Shown here: positions 55,414 through 64,000 of the stretch, piece after piece | Layout: every line of letters begins with the position of its first letter | How positions within the stretch are numbered: position 1 is the first letter of the stretch | NCBI GenBank assembly: GCA_910584295.1 | Contig: CAJTYR010000002.1 | Location: forward strand, 136,930 to 200,929 | Source: an uncultured Christensenella sp. | Lineage (GTDB): Bacteria > Bacillota > Clostridia > Christensenellales > UBA1242 | Reading direction: 5' to 3' | DNA length: 64,000 nt | Translations under genes and position numbers: made by a program | The notes under the pieces: generated by a model | Databases searched by the model: none | Seen by the model: the letters and a program-made list of their open reading frames with translations, nothing else | Told to the model about the DNA's origin: nothing

Positions 55414-58400
55414 ATGAAAAAATTAAAGGGGCTTTTTGTTGGCAGCCTTTGTGCAGTTATGCTTTCCATTGGAATTGGATGCTGTGTTGGGCTTATAAGA
55501 AATGAAAAAACTTTTGCTCAAGCGGTTGAAGTTTCAGATTTTGCAGGGCTTGCAAATGCTGTTTCAAATGATGCGGCAAATGTCGTTGTTTTGGGAGATA
55601 TAGCTTTTGATTCAACCATTGTTGTTGGTCGAAATGTCAAAATTTCTTCCAATGGAAATTTTTCTTTGAAAAGAGCATCTGGGTTTCAAGGGGCAATGAT
55701 TGAAGTTAATGATGGCGCAAATCTTGAAGTTTCTTGTTTGGAAGGCTCATCATTGGCATTTGACGGAGAAAATTTGCTTGCAGAAAATCAAGGAATTTTG
55801 AATGATGGGACTTTGATTTTGGGGAAGAATGTTTCAGTTAAAAATTTTAAAACCTCAAAAAGCGGTGCTGCCATAAACAATTCTGGAACTTTGATTTTGA
55901 GAGGTGGTGAAGTCTCAAACAACACTTTGGAAAGTGGTGCCGCTTCAACTTATGGGATAATTTACAACGCGAAAAATTCCAAATTTACTCTTGAAAGTGG
56001 TGCAGTTCATTCAAACACTTCTGATTCATCAGGAATAATCTTCATGCATGATGGCACAACTGGTTTGATGACAGGTGGTGAAATTTATAATAATACTTCC
56101 GTAAGTGGTTCAGGCTTTTTTGTTAAAAGTTCTTCTGTAAATATTTCAGGTGGAACAATCTACAACAATACAGCAACAAGTTATGGTGGTGGTGTTTATG
56201 GAAAGGACAGTGCCAAGATATTCTTGGAAGGAGGAGTGATTCGAAATAACACTGCAAATACATCTGGCGGTGCTGTTTACTTGAAAGAAAGTGCAAGTGT
56301 TGTTTTTGATGGAGTGGAAATTTCTTCAAACTATGCAAAAAGTTATGGTGGGGCTTTATATCTTTTGAACAACTCAAATGCTGTAGTAAAAAGTGGCTCG
56401 TTCATTTCAAATTCTGCTAAATCAAGTGGAGGTGCTTTCTTTATCAACACCAAGGGTTCGGTTTTGATTGAGGATTGTCAAGCCACTGGTAACAATTCTG
56501 GAAATGGAGGTGCTTTCACAAGCAAGAGATGCAGTGAATTTAAAATCACAGGTGGAACATTCTCTGGAAACACTTCATCTAAATTTGGTGGCGCAGTATA
56601 TGTTTATGATGCTGGCAATTTGACTGTTGAAGGTGGAACTTTTGCGAATAATGGAACAACTGGAAAAGATGTTTATGTCACAGCTGGAAGGACAATTCAA
56701 CTTTTGGGTGGCAGTTTTGCTGATGTTGTGTGCAATGGTGGTATTGTGGAAGTTGGCGGAGATTTGAATGTCTCTAAAAAAATTAAGATGATGTCTGCAG
56801 TGACGGCAAGCAATGGATATATCCAAATTGCAAGTGAACTTACAAATTTTGTTGTTATTGAAGCTTTTGCTTATACGATTGAAACAGCAGCAACTGAAAA
56901 TACTCTTTTCAGAGTAGCCAACAATCCTTACATAAATGTCTATGGTGTGCTTGACAAGATTGCTTTGACAGATGCAACAAAAACACTTAAATTTGATAAA
57001 AATAAGATTTTGATGGTGGAGATGGCAAACGAAATTCAAGTCTTGGCAGATGAGCGTGTCATCACTGCTCCAAAGACTGCCACAAATGGACAAACTGTTG
57101 AATTTTCTGCCATTGAAGGGTATGAAATCTCAAATGTCTCAATTGTTGATAACTTGGGAACAGAGATCTCATTTATAACCATTGGGGATGGTTTTAGATT
57201 TGAGATGCCAGCTGACAGTGGAGTTAAGATTGACTTTGATTTTTCGAAGACAAACATGCCAATTTCTGTTGACAATGAAATTAAAGAATTTGTTGAAGTT
57301 TCAAGCACTGGAAAGTATAAAGATCTTATTAAGGTTTCTCTTAAAAAAGTTAAAGGTAAAAAACTTGAAACCTTGAAGGTTGGTAATGAAACTTGGAGTC
57401 AAACTCTTGATTTGATAAATCCAGAATTTTTGATGTTTGCAGGAGCAACACTTTCTGGGACAATATTTGATTATACAACAATTTTAGATACCATTTCTGG
57501 AGATGTTGTTCAGGTCTTTAATGAAGCAGAACTTCGACAAGCATTGACAGTGGATGGCTCAATTATCGCAATCATGGATGACATCACTCTTTCTGAAACA
57601 ATCAATGTTGGCAAAGGAACTTTCACTCTTATGTCGATCAACAGAAGTTCAATTTTCAGAGGTCAATCTTGCAAAGAACATATGTTTGCCCTTGGCTGGG
57701 AAACTACACTTAATTTGGGTGTTGAAGGACTTGCGGAGAATGAATTGTTTATTGATGGTTGCAATGCTGTTGACACCATTGGCTCTTTGATTTTTCTTGA
57801 AGATGGTGGGATTGTAAATATGTACAACGGTGTTGTTCTTCAAAACAACAAATTAAATTCTATGAACATTGCTTATACAAGGTTTGGCAAAGGAAATGGT
57901 TCTGCCGGTGGCGCTGGTGTCTATAACTATAACGGAATCTTTAACATGTTTGGCGGAAGTATTGAAGGTAATACCACAAGTTTTAATGGTTCCGGTGTTT
58001 ACAATTTTGGAAGATTTAATTTATTTGGTGGAAATATTCAAAATAATCAAACCACAGCTAGTGGTGGCGGAGTTTACAACTATCGTGTTTTTAATCAAGA
58101 TGGTGGAAATATATTGAACAATTCTTGCACTGGCAGTGGCTGGGGCGGTGGTGTGTACAATGCTGCTCAAATTTATGCATACTATTATCTTGTGAATGGA
58201 AAGGTTTCTGGAAACTCTTCTAAACCAAGTGGTGGCGGAATTTATGTTGCAGGAAAAGGTGTTGCTTGGATTAAAGGCGGAGAAATTTCAGGAAATTCAA
58301 CAAGCAATAATGGTGGAGGAATTTGCTCAAAAGGCACACTATTCGTTATTGGTGGAGTGATAAAGAACAACGCTGCAGTCAAGAATGGTGGTGGAATACA

Positions 58401-58875
58401 TATCTATGCTGATGATAAAACAGAGACTTTCGGTTTTATCAGAGGTGGAAGTATTGAGTTTAATACTTCGTCTGCTTTTGGTGGAGGGATCAGTATTTCA
58501 GACACAAATGACAAAGTCCCTGCAGTCGAAATTTCTGGAGTTAAGGTCTCTGACAATGTTTCACCTGATGGTGCACAAGTTTACATTAATGGTGGTACGG
58601 TTGAAATCGGAACTGGTGTTCAGATTGTTGGAAAATTGTCCACAGGAAAAGAACCAAGCAAAAATTCAGGTTATCTTAAATTTGTTGGTCAACTGGATTT
58701 TGATCTTGAAATCAATCCATTTAAATATGCTGATTATCAAAATGAGCAATATAATGTCTTGGTTGTCGACGAGTCAGTTGATGCAAGCATACTTGCAGAA
58801 AAAATTAAATTGTCAAATCCACAATACAATGTGAAGGTTGTTGAAAACAATCTTTACATTTGTCCATTGGCATAA
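55414..58875 (+). CDS. Secreted or lipid-anchored right-handed beta-helix protein with Pmp-like GGA(I/L/V/F/Y) repeats
   Basis: Signal peptide MKKLKGLFVGSLCAVMLSIGIGCC. There are two repeat arrays: SGGAVYLKE, YGGALYLLN, SGGAFFIN, FGGAVYVYD, and then SGGGVYNY, SGGGIYVAG, NGGGICSKG, NGGGIHIY, FGGGISIS. A non-repeat region of about 350 aa separates them. Confidence 0.8.
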   Translation: MKKLKGLFVGSLCAVMLSIGIGCCVGLIRNEKTFAQAVEVSDFAGLANAVSNDAANVVVLGDIAFDSTIVVGRNVKISSNGNFSLKRASGFQGAMIEVNDGANLEVSCLEGSSLAFDGENLLAENQGILNDGTLILGKNVSVKNFKTSKSGAAINNSGTLILRGGEVSNNTLESGAASTYGIIYNAKNSKFTLESGAVHSNTSDSSGIIFMHDGTTGLMTGGEIYNNTSVSGSGFFVKSSSVNISGGTIYNNTATSYGGGVYGKDSAKIFLEGGVIRNNTANTSGGAVYLKESASVVFDGVEISSNYAKSYGGALYLLNNSNAVVKSGSFISNSAKSSGGAFFINTKGSVLIEDCQATGNNSGNGGAFTSKRCSEFKITGGTFSGNTSSKFGGAVYVYDAGNLTVEGGTFANNGTTGKDVYVTAGRTIQLLGGSFADVVCNGGIVEVGGDLNVSKKIKMMSAVTASNGYIQIASELTNFVVIEAFAYTIETAATENTLFRVANNPYINVYGVLDKIALTDATKTLKFDKNKILMVEMANEIQVLADERVITAPKTATNGQTVEFSAIEGYEISNVSIVDNLGTEISFITIGDGFRFEMPADSGVKIDFDFSKTNMPISVDNEIKEFVEVSSTGKYKDLIKVSLKKVKGKKLETLKVGNETWSQTLDLINPEFLMFAGATLSGTIFDYTTILDTISGDVVQVFNEAELRQALTVDGSIIAIMDDITLSETINVGKGTFTLMSINRSSIFRGQSCKEHMFALGWETTLNLGVEGLAENELFIDGCNAVDTIGSLIFLEDGGIVNMYNGVVLQNNKLNSMNIAYTRFGKGNGSAGGAGVYNYNGIFNMFGGSIEGNTTSFNGSGVYNFGRFNLFGGNIQNNQTTASGGGVYNYRVFNQDGGNILNNSCTGSGWGGGVYNAAQIYAYYYLVNGKVSGNSSKPSGGGIYVAGKGVAWIKGGEISGNSTSNNGGGICSKGTLFVIGGVIKNNAAVKNGGGIHIYADDKTETFGFIRGGSIEFNTSSAFGGGISISDTNDKVPAVEISGVKVSDNVSPDGAQVYINGGTVEIGTGVQIVGKLSTGKEPSKNSGYLKFVGQLDFDLEINPFKYADYQNEQYNVLVVDESVDASILAEKIKLSNPQYNVKVVENNLYICPLA

Positions 58876-58886
58876 AGGAGGGAAAG

Positions 58887-60272
58887 ATGAAGAAAAATTG
58901 GTTTGTTCGAATCGGATTTTTGATTGTTGCCCTCGCAATCTCTTTGGCGGGAATTATCGCTTTTGTGACATATGAACCAAGAACCTCCATTGCAAAGGCG
59001 ACAAAAACTGTTCAGGTGGATGGACAAGATGTTAAAGTTGAAGTTTATGGTAGAAACACTGGTGATCAAACTGATCATCCTGTCTTTGCTGTTTGTGAAC
59101 TTGTTAACAAGAGTATAAATTATAAATTGGCTCATCCAGAAGAAGATGTTTACATTGATTATGCAATCTATCGTATGGAAACTGACACTGCTTGTTATTA
59201 CAATCCTAAATCAAGAAAATATGGAAAAACAACAATCATGTCAAAGCCATATAAAAAAGATTGTGAAACTGTGGCTTATAGTTTTGTTAAGGCTGCGAAA
59301 AATGGCATTAGGGTGAGACTTATCTATCACAGAGACAAAGACCTTAATGCAAGCACCACCTATGATTGGTTTCAAACTTTCATGAATGAAAAATGTTTCT
59401 TTGATGAAACAAAAAGGGTTGCTGATTTTCTTAATGTAAGAAAAGCACAATGGAACTTGAATGAAAGCATGTCAAATCAGATGCACAGCAAACAACTTCT
59501 TGTAAGTGATTACGTTGATTGGGATGGAACTGAATATCACAATGCTGTTAATTCTATGACTTCAAATGTGGATAGCTATTTGCCATCTAATCGTCCTATT
59601 AAGAAAAAAGACTGGACTCACTCTGGATTTACAATCAGTGGTCATGATAAGGTCTTCGAGGCTAATCAAAGATATTTCGACATAACTTTTGCAAATTGGA
59701 AAAATAGATTTGCTTTTGTTGAGGATGTTCTTAATGCGCACAAAACAAATTCACTTAATTATGCAGACGATTATTTTGAATGTTATTTTACGCCAATTCC
59801 TCAAAACTATATGGACGGCTATGATGTTGACAATAATCCTTTTGCAAAATATATTGAAAAACTCAATGATTCCCAAGGACAAATTAAGTGCTATATGAAC
59901 ATGTATAGTCTTTCTGCTCATGCACTAACAAATAAGATGTGCAGAAGACTTAATGATGCTTTTAAAAATAACCAAACAAAGGGAAATGATTGCGGATTTA
60001 TCATAAAGAAAGATATTGTGCCGGCTGATGCTGAATATCAAAATCTGAAAGAAATTGGATATTTAAGTGTGGGGGCTAAGACTCACAGCAAGGATATAAT
60101 GTTTTATTACGGCGATACAGATGAATATGTTGTCATTACTGGAAGTACAAACCTTGGATATAGTGGTTGGTTTTCAAAGTCAAATCACTCGATTGTCTTT
60201 AAAGAAAAGGGTGAAAGCCATGAGATTTATGATGCCTTCTACAAGACCTATTTGGGTGCAGATGTAAAATAG
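58887..60272 (+). CDS. Membrane-anchored phospholipase D superfamily protein (two HKD-like motifs; cardiolipin-synthase-like topology)
   Basis: N-terminal TM WFVRIGFLIVALAISLAGIIAFV. Motifs MHSKQLLVSD...SMTSN and THSKDIMFYYGD...VITGSTNLG. The ATG at 58887 follows RBS AAAGGAGGG, 12 nt after the upstream stop. Confidence 0.55.
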   Translation: MKKNWFVRIGFLIVALAISLAGIIAFVTYEPRTSIAKATKTVQVDGQDVKVEVYGRNTGDQTDHPVFAVCELVNKSINYKLAHPEEDVYIDYAIYRMETDTACYYNPKSRKYGKTTIMSKPYKKDCETVAYSFVKAAKNGIRVRLIYHRDKDLNASTTYDWFQTFMNEKCFFDETKRVADFLNVRKAQWNLNESMSNQMHSKQLLVSDYVDWDGTEYHNAVNSMTSNVDSYLPSNRPIKKKDWTHSGFTISGHDKVFEANQRYFDITFANWKNRFAFVEDVLNAHKTNSLNYADDYFECYFTPIPQNYMDGYDVDNNPFAKYIEKLNDSQGQIKCYMNMYSLSAHALTNKMCRRLNDAFKNNQTKGNDCGFIIKKDIVPADAEYQNLKEIGYLSVGAKTHSKDIMFYYGDTDEYVVITGSTNLGYSGWFSKSNHSIVFKEKGESHEIYDAFYKTYLGADVK

Positions 60273-60282
60273 GAGGTGGCAT

Positions 60283-60993
60283 ATGAAAAAAGTTTTTAAA
60301 ACAATTTTTAAGGATTGGAAAATTTCTGATTATATCATCAGTTCAATCACATTTCTTTTAATGATTGCTGTTGTTGTGGTTTCTCAAGTGGTAAAAAAGC
60401 CTAAAGAAGTTAGAGAAATTTTTTCAGCTGTTGAAGTTGTAAGTGGATTGTTGTTTGTTTGGGGGATGATTTTCTGCTCTAAAGATACAATTCATGGCTA
60501 TGCAATAGGTCTATGCACAACTGCATTCTTCTCATATGGTCTTTATGAAGGTGAGTGCTTTGGAAGCTTTATTGTTGCAATGCTCATTTGTGCATATTTG
60601 ATTTTCAAGCTTGTTTTTAAATGCTTGGGAAAAGAATTGGATTTTGGAAATTTTGAAAAGTGGGACTATTTGTTCCTTTTTGGTGGGCTTGCGGCGTGTG
60701 CTTATCCAGTGTATATGCTTATGGATGTTATGATTGCAAGTTGCATTGTGAGTGAGGTTTTGGTCGTTTTGGCAGGATTGACATTTTTATACTTACAATT
60801 TAAGAAAGTTAAATTGTCAAAATTTGTGGCATTGGCAATGACAATCTTATCACTTGTTTCGCTTGTGATGATACTTTTACAATTAAATCTTAAAACAGCC
60901 GGAGTTTTAATTGCAATGATTATGATGGTTGCGTTTATGGTTGTTGAATGTGTGAAAATGTTTGTAAGAAAAAAGGAGATTAAGCAAGATTGA
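60283..60993 (+). CDS. Polytopic membrane protein of unknown function (about 6-7 TM)
   Basis: 236 aa. It starts 10 nt after the upstream stop and follows RBS AGGAGG. Confidence 0.6.
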   Translation: MKKVFKTIFKDWKISDYIISSITFLLMIAVVVVSQVVKKPKEVREIFSAVEVVSGLLFVWGMIFCSKDTIHGYAIGLCTTAFFSYGLYEGECFGSFIVAMLICAYLIFKLVFKCLGKELDFGNFEKWDYLFLFGGLAACAYPVYMLMDVMIASCIVSEVLVVLAGLTFLYLQFKKVKLSKFVALAMTILSLVSLVMILLQLNLKTAGVLIAMIMMVAFMVVECVKMFVRKKEIKQD

Positions 60994-61009
60994 TTGCTTA
61001 ATCTTTTTT
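60978..61009 (+). terminator. Intrinsic terminator closing the surface operon
   Basis: 10-bp stem GATTAAGCAA / TTGCTTAATC. The loop contains the stop codon. TTTTTT follows. Confidence 0.8.
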
Positions 61010-61127
61010 ATACTTATATAAATGACATATTTGTCCAAAATTTTGGCTGAATATTGTTTTGATTTTTGTTTGCTTTTGATATATACTATTTATGATATAT
61101 TCCATATCATAGGAGAGGGGAAATTAA

Positions 61128-62048
61128 ATGATGGCGAAAAAATGTGTTTTAGGGGTTTTGTTTTTGTTCTTGGTTGGAATTATGTCAAGTTTTTCAATGC
61201 CAAAGACCTCTGTTGTTTTTGCAAATGTAAACAAAGAAACAACTTTTGCGGAAACAATGACAGAAGGAGATGGAAATGACGAGCCAACCACCCCAGATGT
61301 TGATCCTGAGGAGAGATTTAAAGTCTCTGTTCAGATTGTTGGACAAGGCACTGTTGAACTTACTCCAACAGAGGAAGATTATTTGAAAGATAGTGTTGTT
61401 AAAGTTGAAGTGACAGCAAAAGAGGGTTGGACTTTTGAAAAGATTGAAGGTGTTCAACTTGATGAGAACAACTCGTTTACTGTTGTTGAAGATGTGACAA
61501 TTGTTGCAACATTCTTGCCAAATCCTGTTTCGTTTAAAGATGAAGAGAAAGGTGTGTCAGTTGATGCAACTGCTGATATTCTTCCAATTGATGCGAGCAT
61601 GCAAGTTTCAATGGTTGAAAGTGAAGATGAAAGATATTCTCAAGTGAGAAGTGCTCTTTCAACTCCAAACAAATTGCAAATTTTTGATATCACATTTCAA
61701 ACTGCAGACAATCAACCAATTGAACAACTTGATGAACTTGTGACAGTGAAAATTAAGCTGGACGAAATGTTTGATTCTCAAAAAGTGAAATTGATCAGAG
61801 TTGAACTTAATCCAACAAGTGTTGGAAAGACAGACTATCAATTTGAAGTTGTTGACGGATTTCTGGTTTTTCAGACAGACCATTTCAGCATGTATACTTT
61901 GTCTCAGGCAACAGGCTTTAAACCTGCTTCTCCATCAAAAGACGGCACAAACAAAATGGCACTCACTTTGATTGTTTTGGGGCTTTCGGCAGTGGTTGCT
62001 GTGATTGCAGTGACTGTGGCAGTGCTTGTAAATCGTAAAAAGAAATAA
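61128..62048 (+). CDS. Surface protein with a signal peptide, an InlB B-repeat-like domain and a C-terminal TM anchor
   Basis: Signal peptide MMAKKCVLGVLFLFLVGIMSSF. B-repeat-like segment VSVQIVGQGTVELTPTEEDYLKDSVVKVEVTAKEGWTFEKIEG. C-terminal anchor ALTLIVLGLSAVVAVIAVTVAVLVNRKKK. Confidence 0.7.
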   Translation: MMAKKCVLGVLFLFLVGIMSSFSMPKTSVVFANVNKETTFAETMTEGDGNDEPTTPDVDPEERFKVSVQIVGQGTVELTPTEEDYLKDSVVKVEVTAKEGWTFEKIEGVQLDENNSFTVVEDVTIVATFLPNPVSFKDEEKGVSVDATADILPIDASMQVSMVESEDERYSQVRSALSTPNKLQIFDITFQTADNQPIEQLDELVTVKIKLDEMFDSQKVKLIRVELNPTSVGKTDYQFEVVDGFLVFQTDHFSMYTLSQATGFKPASPSKDGTNKMALTLIVLGLSAVVAVIAVTVAVLVNRKKK

Positions 62049-62050
62049 CA

Positions 62051-62076
62051 AAAAACCCGCTTAAGTGTGGGTTTTT
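62051..62076 (+). terminator. Intrinsic terminator
   Basis: AAAAACCCGC / GTGGGTTTTT hairpin with one G-U pair. Confidence 0.7.
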
Positions 62077-62103
62077 CTTAAGAAAAATGTGAGAGGAAAT
62101 CAA

Positions 62104-64000
62104 ATGAAAAGTATTTACACATATTATAAAGAAAGATTGATTGAGATAAGCGGAAAAAATCGAAGCTTATATTTGAAAAATTTCAATAAGAAAAACGGCT
62201 ATGATGTTGGAAGAATTTTGTCATCAGATGCGGAACTTACTGAAGAGTTTTTGGACACTTTGCTTGCAGGAAAAGCAATGCCATTCAATTTTTATTGCAA
62301 GTCTACAAGAGAGTTGTTTGTTTCTGCAAGCAATATTGATTTGAAATTTCCAAATAAGCAATTTGATGATGAAAAAGAAAGACAAAAATATGATAGACAG
62401 AAAAAAGAATATGCAAAAAAGATTTTTGAACAAGAAGGAAAAGATCTGAAAACTTTGATGCGTGAAATTGAAGAAATTGAAAAAGAGACAGGGCGTTATG
62501 AGCTTTATGTTTGTTGGCCTTTTGTCTATGGTGCTGTCAAAAATTATACTCTTCGAGCTCCACTTTTGATGTTTCCAGTTGTGATTGATGTGATTGATGA
62601 TTCAAACATCAACATTTGTCTTAAATATGGTGAAAAAATTCAATTAAACAAAGCACTTATGCTTGCAATCGCTGACAGCAAACATCTCAATCTTGAAGAT
62701 ATGGACATGGAGTTTGATTCAATAAAGGCAAGGTTTGGGTCTTTACAAGGACTTGTTTCTTATCTACGAGAATTTGGTGTGAAACTTGGTTTCAAGCCTG
62801 AAAAGAAACTTCATGCTTGGGGGAAATATGGTGAGCCAAGCATGATTGCTCCGCTTGAAATCAAAAATCTTTGTTTACTTTCGCGTTGCAGTTTGGCGAA
62901 TTCAATCTATTCTGATTATTCTGCTTTGGAGAAAAAGCATTTGACAAATGATTCAATAAATGAGTTGTTAAATGCCAAATCTGTTAAGAAAAAGACAAGC
63001 AAGTGTAATGATTTATATCTTATTAACAATGTTGACTATGCACAAGAGCAGGTTGTGAGAAAAGTGAATGAGAGTGGAAATATGGTTATCTATGGTCCAC
63101 CAGGGACAGGAAAATCACAAACAATTGTCAATGTGATTTCTGATGCCATATGTAAAAACAAGAGGGTGCTTGTCGTCTCTCAAAAGAAAGCAGCACTTGA
63201 AGTCGTTTTCAATCGTCTTTCAAATCTAAATTCAAAAGCAATGTTTATTGTTGACTCTGAAAAAGAAAAAAGGGATTTTTACAAGAGATGCTTTTCTTCT
63301 CATGAAGAAATTCTTAAGTCAAATTATAACGACAAACTTCAAAAAGAATATGCGGATCTTGAGAAAAAACTTGAAGCTGAGATTGCAAATCTTAATGCGA
63401 TTTCTGATTGCTTAAATAAGGTGACTCCTTTTGGTCTTTCTTTGCAACAGATGTATTATAATTCATACAAACTTGGAAAGAAAGGTGCAGAATATGCTCT
63501 TTACAAAGAGATGAAAAAAGATAAGAAATTGATGTCTTTGAATTTCAACGAACTTTCTTCGGCTTTGGCAATATTGCAAGAAAAAAACAAAGCGGAAATG
63601 TATTTCAATTATATTGAAGAAAAAAAGAAAAATCCGTTTATTGATGCTTTCAAAGAAGAATTGAGTGTGCATGTTGTTGCGGAAGCACAATCAAAACTCA
63701 AAAGACTTTTTGCTTCAAGAAAGGCACTTTTTGATGTTGGAAAATACAAATATGCCAGACAAGTTTTAACCTATTATGATCAAGTGAAAAATGACAAAAA
63801 CAGCAAAGCACTTATCAAACTTATTGCAAAATATGAATATCCAAGTTCACAAAAATTTTTGAGTACGAGTTGTATTTTATTCCCTCTTTATCCATTTGCA
63901 AAGTCAAATATGGTGAAGAAAGAAAAACTTGTTAAAACTGAAGTGAAGGAGACTTTGACGGCGGTTGATGAATATATTGCGGACTACTCTTTCCTTAAAA
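62104..64000 (+). CDS. DUF4011-type N-terminus plus Upf1/DNA2-like SF1 helicase (5' 632 codons; continues beyond the window)
   Basis: This ORF is not in the supplied track because it has no stop in the window. My own translation begins MKSIYTYYKERLIEISGKNRSLYLKN...YELYVCWPFVYG...APLLMFPV. Walker A is MVIYGPPGTGKSQTIVNVI (63094-63117). RBS GAGAGGAAA lies upstream. Confidence 0.8.
   Translation, partial: MKSIYTYYKERLIEISGKNRSLYLKNFNKKNGYDVGRILSSDAELTEEFLDTLLAGKAMPFNFYCKSTRELFVSASNIDLKFPNKQFDDEKERQKYDRQKKEYAKKIFEQEGKDLKTLMREIEEIEKETGRYELYVCWPFVYGAVKNYTLRAPLLMFPVVIDVIDDSNINICLKYGEKIQLNKALMLAIADSKHLNLEDMDMEFDSIKARFGSLQGLVSYLREFGVKLGFKPEKKLHAWGKYGEPSMIAPLEIKNLCLLSRCSLANSIYSDYSALEKKHLTNDSINELLNAKSVKKKTSKCNDLYLINNVDYAQEQVVRKVNESGNMVIYGPPGTGKSQTIVNVISDAICKNKRVLVVSQKKAALEVVFNRLSNLNSKAMFIVDSEKEKRDFYKRCFSSHEEILKSNYNDKLQKEYADLEKKLEAEIANLNAISDCLNKVTPFGLSLQQMYYNSYKLGKKGAEYALYKEMKKDKKLMSLNFNELSSALAILQEKNKAEMYFNYIEEKKKNPFIDAFKEELSVHVVAEAQSKLKRLFASRKALFDVGKYKYARQVLTYYDQVKNDKNSKALIKLIAKYEYPSSQKFLSTSCILFPLYPFAKSNMVKKEKLVKTEVKETLTAVDEYIADYSFLK

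Noticed and set aside
61900-61925. Possible sortase sorting signal (LSQATG) in the 61128-62048 surface protein.
   Set aside because: The motif lacks the LPxTG proline. It is also separated by ~17 residues from the hydrophobic segment, so a plain C-terminal TM anchor with a KKK stop-transfer is the simpler reading.
1-64000. Scan for CRISPR arrays, rRNA genes, IS elements and large DNA-level tandem or inverted repeats.
   Set aside because: Reading through the intergenic regions showed no regularly spaced direct repeats, no rRNA-like conserved blocks and no transposase-like ORFs. The repeats in the giant and beta-helix genes are protein-level and divergent at the DNA level.

Overview
This is an AT-rich chromosomal segment read with the standard genetic code: the long housekeeping ORFs stay open without reassigning TGA. 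Gene content looks Firmicutes-like (Clostridia or reduced-genome Bacilli), but I cannot place it more precisely from sequence alone. About 45 protein genes are present, almost all on the + strand. I found one tRNA (Leu-CAA, - strand), no rRNA, no CRISPR array, and no recognisable transposase, integrase or relaxase.

Housekeeping genes:
- uvrA (3' part), a YycJ-like MBL hydrolase, radC and hflX.
- rpoB and rpoC.
- A translationally coupled recJ-rel-hemZ-like unit.
- rpsO and pnp.
- Phosphoketolase, a nucleoside phosphorylase and malQ.

Accessory or unusual content:
1. The main candidate is a two-gene module at 7.6-21.0 kb. A VirB4/PrgJ-type conjugation-class ATPase carries an N-terminal PrgI/VirB3-like membrane hairpin. 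It is followed after 32 nt by a 3,554-aa lipoprotein with three GLUG-repeat beta-helix modules. The pair sits between core genes, and no other type IV secretion or ICE gene is in the window.
2. A surface operon at 55.3-61.0 kb encodes a Pmp-like beta-helix protein, a membrane-anchored PLD-family protein and a polytopic membrane protein. A membrane-anchored B-repeat surface protein follows.
3. A DUF4011/Upf1-like SF1 helicase runs off the 3' end (62104 onward). It is absent from the supplied ORF track.
4. A Nudix/NrtR-like regulator lies next to a P-loop kinase-CYTH fusion, with an orphan EncFtn-like mini-ferritin nearby.
5. The long RSH (Rel) protein has a degenerate hydrolase domain.
6. Several intergenic regions are unusually structured: the rpoB leader, the rpoB-rpoC spacer, and a GC-richer island at 34.5-34.9 kb.

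All functional calls rest on motifs read from the translations and on remembered family signatures. No database search was run.
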